Origin: Chiloscyllium plagiosum
Taxonomy: Eukaryota
Assembly (NCBI RefSeq): GCF_004010195.1
Contig: NC_057720.1
Location: 28,664,982-28,728,981, forward strand
Reading direction: 5' to 3'
DNA length: 64,000 nucleotides
Part shown: positions 12,380 through 25,945 of the stretch, in pieces
Position numbering within the stretch: position 1 is the first letter of the stretch
Layout: each line of letters starts with the position of its first letter
The notes under the pieces: generated by a model
Told to the model about the DNA's origin: nothing
The model's database searches: none
What the model saw: only the letters and a program-made list of their open reading frames with translations
Program-made: the position numbers and the translations under genes

Positions 12380-14778
12380 TTTTTTAAAAATTCATTTGAG
12401 GGACTTGGGTGTTGCTGGCTGGCCAGCATTGATAGCCTATCCCTATGTGCTCTTGAGAAGGTGGTGGTGAGCTGCCTTCTTGAATCGTTGCAATCCACTT
12501 GCTGTGGGTTGACCCACAATGCCAGTAGGGAGGAAATTCCAGGATTTTGACAGAGCAACTGTGATGGGATGGCGGTATATTTCCAAGTCAGGGTGGTGAG
12601 TGGCTTGGAGGGGAACTTGCAGTTGGTGGTGTTCCCAAGTACCTGCTGCCCTTGATCTTCTAGATGGGAAGTGGTTGTGGGTTGGAAGGCGCTGTCTAAA
12701 GATCTTTGGTGAATTTCTGCAGTGCATCTTGTAGATAGTGCACACTGCTGCTACTGAATGCTGGCGGTGGAGGGGTTGAATGTTTGTTGATGTGGTGCCA
12801 ATCAGGTGGGTTGCTTTGTCCTGGATGGTGTCAAGTATCCAGGTAAGTGGGGAGTATTCCATCACAATCCTGACTTATGCCTTGTAGATGGTAGATCGAC
12901 TTTGTGGTGACAGGAGGTGAGTTACTTGCTGCAGTAGTCTCCCTAGTCTCTGACCTGCTCTTTAACCATTGTATTTATGTAGTGAGTCCAGCTAAGTTTC
13001 TGGTCAATGGTAACCCCAAGGTTGTTGACAGTGGGAAATTCAATGATAGTAATACCGTTGAATGTCAAGGAATGGTGGTTACAGTGTCTCTTATTGGTGA
13101 TGGTCATTGTTTGGCATTTGTATGGCATGACTGTTACTTGCCACTTGTCGGCCCAAGCCTGGATATTGTCCAGAACTTTGTTTTTAGATTAGTTTACTTA
13201 CAGTGTGGAAACAGGCCCTTCGGCCCAACAAGTCCACACCGAACCTCCAAAGAGCAACCTACCCAGACCCATTCCCCTACACCTAACACTACGGGCAATT
13301 TAGCATGGCCAATTCACCTAACCTGTACATCTTTGGACTGTGGGAGGAAACCAGAGCACCCGGAGGAAACCCACACAGACACGAGGAGAATGTGCAAACT
13401 CCACACAGGCAGTTGCCTGAAGTGGGAATTGAACCCGGGTCTCTGGCACTGTGAGGCAGCAATGCTAACCACTGTGCCACCATGCTGCCCATATTGTTGC
13501 ATTTCAGCACAGACAGCTTCAGTATCTGAGGAGTCACGAATGGTGCTGAACTCTGTGCAATCATTGGTGAACTTCCCCACTTCTGACCTTATGACAGAGG
13601 TCATTGATGAAGCAGCTGAAGATTGTTGGGACTAGGATATTACCCTGAGAGACTCCTGCAGAGATGTCCTGGAGCTGAGATGACTAACCCTCTACAACCA
13701 TCTTCCTTTGTGCCAGGTATGACTCTAACCAGCGGAGTGTTTGTCCCTTGATATTCATTGATTCCAGTTTTGCCAGGGCTCCTTGATGCCATACTCTGTC
13801 AAATGTGGCTTTGATGTCAAGGGCTGTCATTCTCACCTCACCTCTGGAATTCAGCTTTTTTGTCCATGTTTAAACCAAGGCTGTAATGAGACCAGGAGCT
13901 GAGTGACTCTGGCGAAACCCAAGCTGGACGTCACTGATCATGTTGTTCTGAGCAGGTGCTGCTTGATAGCACTGTCGATGACTCCTTCCATCACTTGACT
14001 GATGATGGACAGTAGACTGATTGGGCAGTATTTGGCTAGGTTAGATTTGTCCTGCTTTTTGTGTACAGGACATACCTGAGCAATTTTCCAAATTGTCGGG
14101 TAGATGTTAGTGTTGTAGCTGTACTGGAAGAGCTTGGCTAGTGGACCGGCATGTTCTGGAGCACACATCTTCAGTACTATTGCCGGAATGTTATCAGGGC
14201 CCATTGCCTTTGCTGTATCCAGTGCCTCCAGCTGTTTCTTGACATCACATGGAGTGAATCGAATTGGCTGGAGACTGGTATCTGTGATGCTGCGGACCAC
14301 TGGAGGAACCTGAGATGGATCATCCACTCAGCACTTCTGACTGAAGATTGTTGTGAGTGCATCAGCCTTATCTTTTTCACAGTTGTATTGGGCTCCTGAA
14401 TCATTGAGTAAAGGGATATTTGTGGAGGCTCCTCCTCCAGTGAGTTATTTAATTGTCCACCACCATTCATGACTGAATGTGGAAGGACTGCAGAGCTTAG
14501 ATCTGATCCCTGGTTGTGGGATCACTTTGCTCTGTCTATCACTTGCTGTTGTGCCATTTGGCATGCAAGCAGTTCTGTTTGGTAGCTTCATCAGGTTGGC
14601 ATCTCATCTTTAGGTATGCCTGATACTGCTCCTGGCATGCCCTCCTACACTCCCCATTGAACCAGGGTTGATCCCCTGACTTGATGGTAATGGTTGAGTG
14701 GGGGATATGCCAGGCAATGAGGTTGCAGATTGTGTTGGAGTACAGTTCAGCTGTTGTTGATGGCCCACAGCGCCTCAT
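12380..14778 (-). mobile_element. LINE (CR1/L2-group) RT fragment, interrupted by a SINE; related fragments at ~11445-11580, ~32300-32545, ~34310-34530 and ~63540-64000
   Basis: Peptides KAMGPDNIPAIVLK...WKIAQVCPVHKKQDKSN...PISLLSIISQVMEG and NLGVTIDQKLSWTHYI. The 3' end is of the gatgggcaataaatgctggcc type, which the old SINE family shares. Confidence 0.85.
13184..13490 (-). mobile_element. HE1/V-SINE-type SINE nested in a LINE
   Basis: Full head-core-tail similarity to the 15774 and 17750 copies, in reverse orientation. Confidence 0.9.
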
Positions 14779-14779
14779 A

Positions 14780-16760
14780 GATAGAGTCATAAAGTCATAA
14801 AGCCATAGAGATGTACAGTATGGAAACAGACCCTTCGGTCCATGCCGACCAGATATCCCAACCCAATCTAGTCCCACCTGCCAGCACCTGGCCCATATCC
14901 CTCCAAACCCTTCCTATTCGTATACCCATCCAAATGCCTTTTAAGTGTTGTAATTGTACCAGCCTCTACCACTTCCCCTGGCAGCTCATTCCATACACGC
15001 ACCACCCTCTCCATGAAAAAGTTGCCCTTTAGGTCCTTCCCCTCTCCCTCTTTCCCCTATCACCCTAAACCTATGCCTTTTAGTTCTGGACTGCCGCAGG
15101 GAAAAGACCTTGTCTATTCATCCTATCCATGCCTCTCATAATTTTGTAAACCTCTATAAGGTCACCGCTCAGCCTCTGATGCTCCAGGGCAATAGTCCTG
15201 CCTGTTCAGCCTCTTCCCAAAGCTCAAATCCTCCAACTCTGGCAATGTCCTTGTAAATTTTTTCTGAACCCTTTCAAGTTTCACAACATCTTTCTGACCA
15301 GAATTGCATGCAATATTCTAACAGTGGCCTAACCAATGTCCTGTACAGCTGCAACATGACCTCCCAACTCCTGTACTCAACAATCTGACCAATAAAGGAA
15401 AGCATACCAAACGCCTTCTTCACTATCCTATCTACCTGTGATTCCACTTTCAAGGAGTTACGCACCTGCACTCTAAGGTCTCTTTGTTCACCAACACTCC
15501 CGAGGACCTTACCATTAAGTGTAAAAGTCCTGCTAAGATTTGCTTTCCCAAAATGCAACACCTCGCATTTATCTGAATTAATCTCCATCTGCCACGTCTC
15601 AGCCCATTAGCCCATCTGATTAAGATCCTGTTGTAATCTGAGGTAACCTTCTTTGCTGTCCACTACACCTCCAATTTTGTTGTCATCTGCAAACTTACTA
15701 ACTATACCTCTTATGCTCACAGCCAATTCATTTGTATAAATGACCAAACGTAGTGGACCCAGCACCAATTGTAGGCGGCACGGTGGCACAGTGGTTAACA
15801 CTGCTGCCTCACAGCGCCAGAGACCCGGGTTCAATTCCCGCCTCAGGCGACTGACTGTGTGGAGTTTGCACGTTCTCCCCGTGTCTGCGTGGGTTTCCTC
15901 CGGGTGCTCCGGTTTCCTCCCACAGTCCAAAGATGTGCAGGTAAGGTGAATTGACCATGCTAAATTGCCCGTAGTGTTAGGTAAGGGGTAAATGTATGGG
16001 TGGGTTGCGCTTCGGCAGGTTGGTGTGGACTTGTTGGGCCGAAGGGCCTGTTTCCACACTGTAATGTAATCAATTCTAGTGGCACTCCACTGATCACAGG
16101 CCTCCAGTCTGAAAAGCAACTCTCCACCACCACCCTCTGTCTTCTACCTTTGAGCCGGTTCTGTATCCAAATGGTTAGTTCTCCCTGTATTCCGTGAGGT
16201 CTAACCTTGCTAATCAGTCTCCCATGGGGAATCTTGTCGAACACCTGACTGAAGTCCATATAGATCACATCTACTGCTCTGCCATCATCAATTCTCTTTG
16301 TTACATCTTCAAAAAACTCAATCAATTTTGAGAGACATGATTTCCCATGCACAAAGCCATGTTGACTATCTCTAATCAGTCCTTGCCTTTCCAAATACAT
16401 GTACATCCTGTCCCTCAGGATTTCCTCCAACAATTCGCCTACCACCGACGTCAGGCTCACTGGTCTATTGTTCCCTGGCTTGTCCTTACCATCTTTCTGA
16501 AACAGTGGCACCACATTAGCCAACTCCAGTCTTCCGGCACCTCATTTGTGACTATCGATGATACAAATTTCTCAGCAAGAGGCTCAGCAATCACTTGCTT
16601 CCCACAGCATCCTAGGGTACACCTGATCAGGTCCTGGGGATTTATCCGCCTTCATGTGTTTCGAGACATCCAGCACTTCCTCCTCTGTAATATGGACATT
16701 TTTCAAGGTGTCACCATCTATTTCCCTACATTCTATATCTTCCATGTCCTTTTCCACAGA
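14780..16760 (-). mobile_element. CR1-clade LINE, 5'-truncated, RT domain
   Basis: Peptides ANVVPLFQK...RPVSLTSVVGELLEEIL...SQHGFVHGKSCL...DVIYMDFSQVFDKIPH and SKFADDNKIGG, plus a CR1 3' tail. Confidence 0.92.
15774..16070 (+). mobile_element. Young HE1/V-SINE-type SINE nested in CR1
   Basis: Head ggcggcacggtggcacagtggtta...gggttcaattccc with Pol III A/B boxes; nearly identical to the 17750 and 49506 copies. Confidence 0.92.
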
Positions 16761-17749
16761 TGCCCAATCTTGAGCTGCTAGATTGGTTTAAAGTCTATCC
16801 CATTTAGCACAGTGATAGTGCCACAAAACACGATGGAGATTATTCTCAATGTGAAGGCGAGACTTCATCTTTGCAAGGACAGTGCGATGATTGCTTTTAC
16901 CTATGCTGTCATGGACAGATGCTTCTGCAGCTGGCAGATCAGTAAGGATAAGGTTGAGTATGTTTTGTCCTCATGTTGGTTCCTTCACCACTTGTCGCAG
17001 ACCAGTCTAGCAGTTATATCCTTTAGGACCCAACCCGACTTTTCAGGCAGGACCGAAGGGGAGTGAGTAAGTGGCAGGAGGAGGTGGCTGTGAAGAGGGG
17101 AAGCTGAGTGCACTTGGGCTTGTGTCTTACGTGTGTGTCTGTGAGCAAGTGTCTACTAGTGGTTTGGGATGATGACGAGAATGTGTATGTGTCGATTGGA
17201 GGGAAGCAAGGCATAAACAAATCTTCTCTCATGGGGAATATGGAGAGCTCAGTGGAAACCTACATGAACACATAAAACAATGACAGTTTTATTGAACTGA
17301 ATTGAATTAGCTTTATTGTCCCTCAAATGAGGACATTGAAAAGTTTACAGTCGCTGTATATACAGTGCCATCTTAGGTACAAAGGTGCCGAGGTACAAAT
17401 ACTTAAGAACAAATTCTTAGAAACAAAAAAAGGTAAAGAAATAAATAGTCCTGTATTATAGATGACAGGAATAAATTAAGAAAATAAAGAAGTAAAAAGT
17501 TCAAAACATTGGTCTTTCTCAATCTGTTCATGTTGTCAATTAGTCTCCATGGAGATCTGCATCACCTCACTGCTGTCTGCGCCAGACCCACCAATGTAAG
17601 AGTTGCTTCACTTTAGGCACCATCTCTTTGCCACTGCGCCCACTTTGCTGATGTTGCTGAACCCAGACTTGCCCCACAACCAGGAGACACTGTTGTGCTA
17701 ACAGGCCAGGCTGCCGCCAGGCCAGAAATCCCGCTTCGGCTTCAGATAT

Positions 17750-18059
17750 GGGCGGCACGGTGGCACAGTGGTTAGCACTGCTGCCTCACAGCGCCAGAGA
17801 CCCGGGTTCAATTCCCGCCTCAGGCGACTGACTGTGTGGAGTTTGCACATTCTCCCCGTGTCTGCGTGGGTTTCCTCCGGGTGCTCCGGTTTCCTCCCAC
17901 AGTCCAAAGATGTGCAGGGTAGGTGAATTGGCCATGCTAAATTGCCCGTACTGTTAGGTAAGGGGTAAATGTAGGTTGCGCATCGGCGGGGCGGTGTGGA
18001 CTTGTTGGGCCGAAGGGCCTGTTTCCACACTGTAAGTAATCTAATCTAATCTAATCTAA
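17750..18059 (+). mobile_element. Young HE1/V-SINE-type SINE
   Basis: Intact A/B boxes, V-core and (taatc)n tail. Confidence 0.92.
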
Positions 18060-18912
18060 AGTCACCTTGCTCATTCCACCATCTTGAAGTGTCAATTGCC
18101 ACTGGCGCTGTTGTGCCCAATTGTGGCAGGAGGTTTGTGACTGCTGCCACCTGCCCCGAATGTCAGGAACATGACCTCACTGCTGCTGCCGCAGCCCCCA
18201 AATGGCAAGAGAATGCACTCACTGAGGCCGCCACCTCTGATCACCAGGAGAACATTTTCACTAATGCCATCTCCTGTCACCGGGAAAAACCACACCCGCC
18301 ATTCTGCACGTGGCTCGCTGTCACTGCCACATTGATGTTGCTGACCAACCTGCCGCAGAGAAAAAGAGAAGAAAAGGATCAAAATACAAAGAAAATAAAG
18401 CAAAGGAAAAGAGTAGAAACAACAGTAAAACAGAGTAGGAAAGCATATGGGAGCGATTGGCTCCAGGCAAGGGACTGCACATAGCCCTGTTATTCCACTG
18501 CCAGCGTGAATTGGAAAATAAATTTACCAAAATCCTTACTAACTTCGTTCAGACCTCAGAGTTTCATATCTAAAATATGTTCTATTGTTATATGTTCATA
18601 ATAAGCAAAGTTTGAAAATTATGGATTATATTGCTATTTTGCTCAAATTCATTTTCAATTGTTAAACTAGAGTTTTGTTGGAAATTACTTAAGGATGCAT
18701 TAACCTACATACTAAAGCCATCCCAGGTACCAGACCTATTTGGGTTCTTTGCACACCTTCAAGATTGGATACTGGGTGATGTTCTTTTATTTTTCTCATT
18801 CTTGGTTTGGAACTGACTTGAAGTTGAAAATTGAACTTTAAATTTTGGACAGCAGCATTTTAAAAAGTGGGGAGGAAACAAAAGACAGGTGTCTGGTCTT
18901 GGGAGCAGGCTT

Positions 18913-19142
18913 GGCAACATAATGCTTGTTATTTGCTCCTCCAAAGACACAGTAGACCTTTAGGCACCAAAATGTTGCTATGCTCAGGGACTGGCAGCTG
19001 ATTGAATGTTGAACGGGTCTATCAAGGGCAACATAATGCTTGTTATTTGCTCCTCTAAAGACACAGTAGACCTTTAGGCACCAAAATGTTGCTATGCTCA
19101 GGGACTGGCAGCTGATTGAATGTTGAACGGGTCTATCAAGGG
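18913..19142. repeat. Direct tandem duplication, 2 x 114 bp
   Basis: 18913-19026 and 19027-19140 are identical except for one substitution (ccaaag/ctaaag). Confidence 0.95.
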
Positions 19143-21049
19143 ATGACTGGTGCTGGTGAATCAACCACAGAGAATGTTGAAGAAAAAAAGTGAACTGATC
19201 CTGACTAGATTTTGCAGGAAGCAGTTTTGTTTGGATACTTCCAGAACATTTTGCTTTCTATAGTTATTTATTTACTTGTTGAAAGTTCTGAGAAAATAAT
19301 CCCAGGCTACAAGAAATAACCAAAAGTCACCAGACATTTGCAGAAGCTATTTGTATTGATAGGGCACTTTAGTATTCAAGCAAGAAAGACAGCCCTATAT
19401 ATTTGCTATACAACCCATCATCTAAGCACTACATGAAAGCCTGGTATTCATCATTGAAATGGTTATCAAACTAGTAAATTTTTATTCTCTTTTTAAAAAA
19501 TTCATCCCTTGACTGTGTCTGTCTGTCAGTTTGTTGGTGTGTGAGTGGTGGTTTATGGTCGACAACGATGGGTTTATATTGTCAATATTACTTAGCTTAT
19601 CTTGCACTTTATCCATGTTCTGCTGAAGTTACATTCTTAATAATAAATTGTCAATTTTTTTTAAAGTTATAAACTTGGTGTCTAAGGTCTGTTACTTTTA
19701 AAATCTGCTTATGAATGATTGAGCAATTTTGAGAGTCATTGAATGACCTAATTCACAGTGTTGCAAATTCAGTGATAGTGAGGCTGCTTTGACTTGACTT
19801 GCTTGTATTGTAACAGTGACATTGAAGTTATGGCCACTGTTGCCTGTGAGGAACACTGGCACTGCTGAAAGGGAGAGATACAATACTTGTCACTGCACAA
19901 CTTGAGTGATAATTGAGCAGGCCATAGTGCTTTTGAAAATGTGGTTAATGGTTAACCAAATCAGATGGAGCCAATCAATGGCCCAGCAAGCGTTGAAATA
20001 TTATTGTGGTGTTCTGTGGTCTGGCATTCCAGAATGGAGAACAATTAATCAATCGGGATATTTTTGAGCGTGTAAAAATTGTAATCTTATAGACCATGAG
20101 ACTGCTCTTTCATTAGAGTGATTTTAACTGATGATTGTTTAAGGGTCACCACACCTCAGGCAGGGGGAGTAGGTTGGGAAGAAGAGTTGTACATTGGTAA
20201 CCTCAGGAAAGTAATGACCAGATGCAGCAGTGCTCTAGGGATCATAGCCAAGGTATCGTGCTATCCTTGAAAAGGATGCTGTGGACACATTCTTGAAATA
20301 ATTCACAAAATTTGTTCTTGACTGGCATGATGTATTTCTGGATTCCATACAAATCAATGAAGCTTCAGCACTGCCTTGGTGGTCTCCGCATTCATTAACA
20401 TTACCATTTGTCTTGTCCCGGTTAGAATGGACATTATAGCCGGGCAATGTCGCAATTGACATTTCCATGCTCTCACCTTTTAAACACTTTGATGGAACCA
20501 GAGAGCTCCGAAATCTAAGTGGTATCCCAAGAAACATTGGGACCCACTATAACAGAAATTTATTGGTGTTACAACTATTTTCAAGACTTCCTGAATCTAC
20601 AAAAAAAGTAACCATGAACTGTGTGTGTAGCTGGATGTTCTTTTTTCTCACATGTTTACCTATATAATTGCTCCTCCTGCTCTTCCACTGTGCTGAAGAG
20701 CAGCTGCTGACCATGCTATCATGTGGCTTGGGATGACCTTGGTTATTGTCTTCTAACTACCTGAACTGCTAGTGGGTTCTGTACCCTCAAGGCCTTCTGC
20801 ACAAGTGCAGGACTCTTCTTTTCAATTAAGTGAAGTGCTGGTGTCACTGGCAGAGTTGCTGAGTAATTGCTGTACACACCAGGCTTGCCCTGAGAAGATG
20901 CGAGATGCTTCAGATGCTGTTGCTACTCAGTTCCAAGGTACACCTGCAGCTCCTTCTTACAAGAGCGAATGTGAAGGGTCTGGTAGTGATTTCTGGTGTT
21001 GTGACCCCTCCACATCCACTTTCTTCAAACCATCAGTATACTAGGCTCA

Positions 21050-21590
21050 TAAAAATGGTGATAAGCATGCAGGTCCTGCATCCATTGAGTGGTTTGCAGG
21101 ATTTGGCTCATTATGATTCATACAACATGGAAATAGTTTCTTCAGCTCATCATATAAATGCTGATCAGCAAACACCAAACTACACTGATCCCATCCACCT
21201 GCACTTGGTCCATAGCCTATCATACCCTGGCATTTTATGTGCTCAACCAAATGCTTGTTAAATGCTGTGAGAGTACCTGCCTCCACGACCCTATTGGGCA
21301 ACTCATTCTATATTTCTACCACCCCTTCGGGTCAAAACGTTCTTTCGCTGATCTCCTCTAAACTGTTTGCTCCTCACTTTAAACTCTGGCCTTAAGCTCT
21401 GCCCTCTGGTCTTAGACACATCTGTCATAGGGAAGCAATTCTCATTCTCTACTCTGTATATGCTACTCATAATTTTGCATTTCTCAATCATTTCCCCCTC
21501 AACCTTGTCTGCTCCAAAGAAAACAAACCCAGCCTATCCACTGTCTCCTCATAATTGAGAATTTTCAACCCAGACAACATCCTAGAATAG
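21050..21590 (-). mobile_element. Old CR1-type LINE 3' fragment
   Basis: Diverged CR1 C-terminal peptides (KIMSSIYRVE...SKTRGQ, VVEAGTLTAFNKHL). Confidence 0.75.
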
Positions 21591-21839
21591 AATATGATAG
21601 CAATTTATCACCCCATGTATTCATGAAAATCCAATGAAATGTGTATAAGGTGTGACAATTCTGCACCATTTTAATTACCGAAATAATAAAAAGAAATAAT
21701 TGAAGCAAAGTTAGGACAAAGTTCATCTTTTGTTGCCTCCACAGCTCCTGGGTTTCTGAAGCAGCTACAGGAAGCTGCCGCCGAAGTTGTCCCTGAGGCT
21801 GCCAAATCAAGGATTTCCGGACCAGACACACCACGCTGC

Positions 21840-23966
21840 AAGTCTGTGGAGGACTGCATACCAAGGAAGTCAATCCAGATGTTGCCCAACAGGAAACCCT
21901 GGATGAATCAGGACATACAGAACCTGCTAAAAACCAGGCATAAGACCTTCAGATCAGGAGACCACTCAAATATAAGGAATCCAAGTATGACTTTCACAGA
22001 GCCATTAAGACAGCCAAGGACCAATACCGATCCAAACTAGAGACCCAGACAGACAGCCAACGAATATGGCAAGGACTGAATGACATCACAGGTTCTAAAA
22101 AGAGAAAGTACAAGATAGTAGATGATGACATATCCTGCCCAGATCGTCTCAACGCCTTCTATGCTTGCTTTGAGCAGAATTTCGGCGGAGAGGTAACACC
22201 TATTCCAACAAATCCTGACGAACCTATCCCAACAGTCATTGCATCAGAGGTCAGATCAGTTTTCCTTCATGTGAATCCAAAGAAAGCGATGGGACCAGAC
22301 GGAGTGCCAGGCTGTTCACTCAGAGCATGCACAGATCAACTGGCAGAGGTCTTCTTGGACATCTTCAACCTCTCCCTACAACAGGTCACTGTCCCTGCCT
22401 GTTTCAAGAGGGCCACATCATCTATGTCCAAGAAGACTCACACAGTATGCCTCAATGACTACCGCCCAGTGGCCCTAATGTTGGTGGTCATGAAGTGCTT
22501 TGAAAGGCTGGTCATGGCATTAATCAACTCCAGCCTCCCCACTACTCTTGACACACTCCAATTTGCCTATCGGATCAACAGATCCATGTCAGAGCCAAGA
22601 TTAGAGTGGTGCTGGAAAAGCACAGCAGGTCAGGCAGCATCCGAGGAGTAGAAAAATCGACGTTTATCGACGCGATTTTCCTGCTCCTTGGATGCTGCCT
22701 GACCTGCTGTGCTTTTCCAGCACCACTCTAATCTTGACTCTGATCTCCAGCATCTGCAGTCCTCACTTTTGGCTAGATCCATGTCAGATGCCATATCATT
22801 TGCCCTTCACTTCTCCCTAGAACATCTTGATACCAAGAACAACTATGTAAGAATGCTACTCATTGACTACAGTTCAACCTTCAAGACTGTTATCCCCTAA
22901 GACTGATGACTAAATTTAGTGATCTCGCACTAAGCCGTACTTTCTGGAACTGAATCCTCAGTTTCCTGACCCACAGGCCACAATCCATGGAAACTGGGGA
23001 CAATATTTCATTCTCACTAACACTCAGCACTGAAGTCAGCCAGGGGTGTGTACTCAGGCCACTACTGTACTCACTGTATACCCATGACTGCATAGCCAAA
23101 TACTAGACTAATGACATCTACAAGTTCGCCGATGACAGCAGCATAATCAGTCGAATCTCAGACGCCGACAAAACAGTCTATAAACAGGAAGTGGAAGACC
23201 TGGAAAAATAGTGCCCTGAGAGCAACCTAGCTCTCAATGCAGGCAAATCCAAGGAACTCATTATTGACTTTCAGCGGGATTTTACTCATGCCCTCCGACA
23301 CATTAACAGCACAGAGGTAGAATGAGTGGAGAGTGTCAAGCTCCTGGGAGTGGTCATCCACAACAAGCTTTCTTGGACTTTTCATGTGGACGCACTGGTT
23401 ACAAAGGCCAACAACATCTCTTCTCCTCAGGCAGCTGAGGAAATATGGCATGACGGTGATTACCCTTGCCCACTTTTATAGGTGCGTCATCGAGAGCATT
23501 CTGTCTGGATGTATCACTATCTGTATGACAACTGGACTATTCAAGATCAGAGACAGTTATAGAGAGTGGTGAACTCAGCCCAGACAATCACAAAAAGGCC
23601 AACCTCCCATCTATAGAATCCATCTACCAGGTCCATTGTCAAGGAAAGGCCGCCAGCATTTTCAAACGATTCATCCCACCCTGACAATGTGTTTCTACAA
23701 TCTCTACCATCAGGGAGAAGATACAGAAGCCTGAACACATGCACCAGCTGGTTTCAAAACAGTTTCTGCCCTACTATTGTTAGAATACTGAATGGACTCA
23801 CAAACCCTTAACATTCGCTTGTACCTGTGTTTTTGTTTTTGCCGCTGTTTACCTATTATTTACTATCTATGCCACTTAACTCTGTGATTTGCCTGTATTG
23901 ATCGCAAGACAAAGCTTTTCACTGTGCCTCGGTACATGTGGCAATAAGTTCAATTCAATTCATTCA
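21840..23966 (+). mobile_element. Rex1/Babar-type LINE, 5'-truncated and frameshifted
   Basis: Peptides [79 protein letters not shown] and YKFADD. The 3' end is ttttcactgtgcctcggtacatgtggcaataa(ttcaa)n. Confidence 0.85.
22594..22774 (+). mobile_element. Penelope-derived fold-back (hairpin) insertion with 14-bp TSD
   Basis: TSD agatccatgtcaga at 22580-22593 and 22775-22788. Internal inverted arms are about 70 bp, and the sequence matches the PLE 3' end at 46620-46720 and 52720-52815. Confidence 0.88.
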
Positions 23967-24289
23967 AAGACCCTTTTATATCATCGCCCATCATTACTAC
24001 AGTCTTGGTTTCCTTTGAAACAAATGCAATGCCACACCTGTCTTATTTTCCCCCTATCCCACCCAAAACTTCTATCTCCTGGAATGTTGAATTCTTAGTA
24101 CTGTCCTTCCTTCAACCATGGCCTAATGAGTGCAATGATATTACATTCCCGTGTGCCTATCAATGCGCTAAGGTCAGATACCTTACCAGTTAAGCTCTTT
24201 GCAATAAAATAGAACAAGTTAGCTTTCCATACTTCCTATGTTACCTGATCATGTCTTCTCCAGTTCCTGGGCTGTCCAAGCATTCCATC

Positions 24290-24630
24290 TACATCTGATG
24301 GAAGAATATCGGAAGAGTAGGACAAGTCTAAAATGAGGAATAAAGCGGGCTAAAAGGGGTCATGAAATAGCTTTAGCAAGCAGAATTAAGGAGAATCCCA
24401 AAGCATTTTATTCTTATATAAGAAGCAAGTGGGTAACTAGAGAAAGGATTAGTCCATTAAAGGATAATAAAGGAAAGCTGTGTGTCAAACCTGAGAGAAT
24501 GGGTGAGATTCTGAATGATTACTTTGCATCAGTGTTCACTGAGGAGTGGAACATAATGAATGTTGAAATTAGCGATAGATGTTTGATTAATCTGGATCAT
24601 GTGGACATAAGTAAGGAAGATGTGTTGGGT
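24290..24630 (+). mobile_element. CR1 ORF2 internal fragment
   Basis: Peptides IKENPKAFYSYIRSK and MGEILNDYFASVFTEE. Confidence 0.8.
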
Positions 24631-24879
24631 CAGTTCAGGCTTGGAGGGCCGAAGGGCCTGTTCCTGGGCTGTACATTTTCTTTGTTCTTTGTTCTTGTTC
24701 TGATTGGGCCTAGCTCCCTCCTTTACATTTGCTATTTAAACCTGTGCCCTATTCCCCTGCCAAATGTGTTTCGCTGATGTCCTTACCTGGTCTGGCCTAC
24801 ATGGGACTCAGCTCTGTGGTTGACTCTGCACTGCCTTTGGGCAATTAAGGATGGGTGCTAAATGAAGAGAAAACCTCCC

Positions 24880-25945
24880 CAGCAGTAAAGCAAACGTCCC
24901 TCAAGGATAATGACCCTTTCTGATTCAAGTGCAACACAATCAGCTGGTACAGGTCCCACCTCCCCCAGACGCTGTTCCAATGATCCAAATATCTAAAGCC
25001 CTCACTCCTACACCATCTCTTTAGCCAAATGTTCATCTGACCTATGTTCATATTCCTATACTCAGTAGCACAATGATACTGGAAGTATTCTGGAGATTAA
25101 AACTTTAGTAGTTGTCCTCTTTAATATACTACCTAATTCTTTAAACTCCTGATTTGTTTTATCCATGTTGTTGATGCCAACATGAACCATGACTGCTGGC
25201 CTTTCGCCTCCTCCTTTAGAATGTCCTGCAGCTGTTCTGGGACATCTCCGAACCTGGCACCAGGGAGGCAACATACCATCTGAGAGTCTTGTTTGCTGCC
25301 AGAGAACAGCCTGTCAGTTCCCTTACAACTGAGTCCATTCTCCCAGTCTGTTCCCTCCCCTACTGTGCAACAAACCCACCTGTGGTGCCACAAACTTGGC
25401 TGTTTCTGCTTTCCCCTGAGAGGCCATCACTCCTCCAGTATCCAACATAGTAAATCCATTTTCTGAGGGGAATGGCCACTGGCGACTCCTGCACCGCCTG
25501 CCCATGCTTACTACTCTTCCTGATGATCACTCATTGCTTTTTTGTCTATGTAACCCTTGCCTGTAGTGTGAACAGCCCACTAAACATACTATCCACAATA
25601 TCCTCAGCATCATGGATACTTCATAGTGCGTCCTTCCACAGCCTCTCCATGTGATCAATCAGGAGGTCCAGCTGAACACACTTACTGCATACATTGTCAT
25701 AATGGAGACTGGAAGTGTCCCTGATTTCCCACATATTGCAGGAGAAGCATTCCATGGGGCTGAATTAGAGTCATACAGCTATACAGCATGGAAACAAACC
25801 CTTCAGTCCAAATCGTCCATGCCAACCAGATATCCTAAATTAATCTAGTTCCATTTGCCAGCATTTGGCCCATATTCCTCTAAACCCTTCCTATTCATAT
25901 ACCCATCCAGATGCCTTTTAAATGTTGTGATTGTACCAGCCTCCA
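24880..25945 (-). mobile_element. CR1 ORF1 (esterase-like) fragment plus a CR1 3' tail fragment
   Basis: Peptides MVCCLPGARFGDVPEQLQDIL, VMVHVGINNMDK and NIWLKRWCRSEGFRYLDHW are typical of CR1 ORF1. 25765-25945 is a separate 3' end. Confidence 0.75.

Noticed and set aside
12904..13635. 243-aa ORF
   Set aside because: Chance read-through of antisense LINE plus SINE sequence.
15774..15850. tRNA gene-like A/B boxes (also at 17750 and 49506)
   Set aside because: They are SINE heads continuing into the V-core and LINE-like tail, not tRNA genes.
20230..21045. Possible decayed DNA-transposon coding sequence
   Set aside because: No motif was convincing enough to name a family without a database search.
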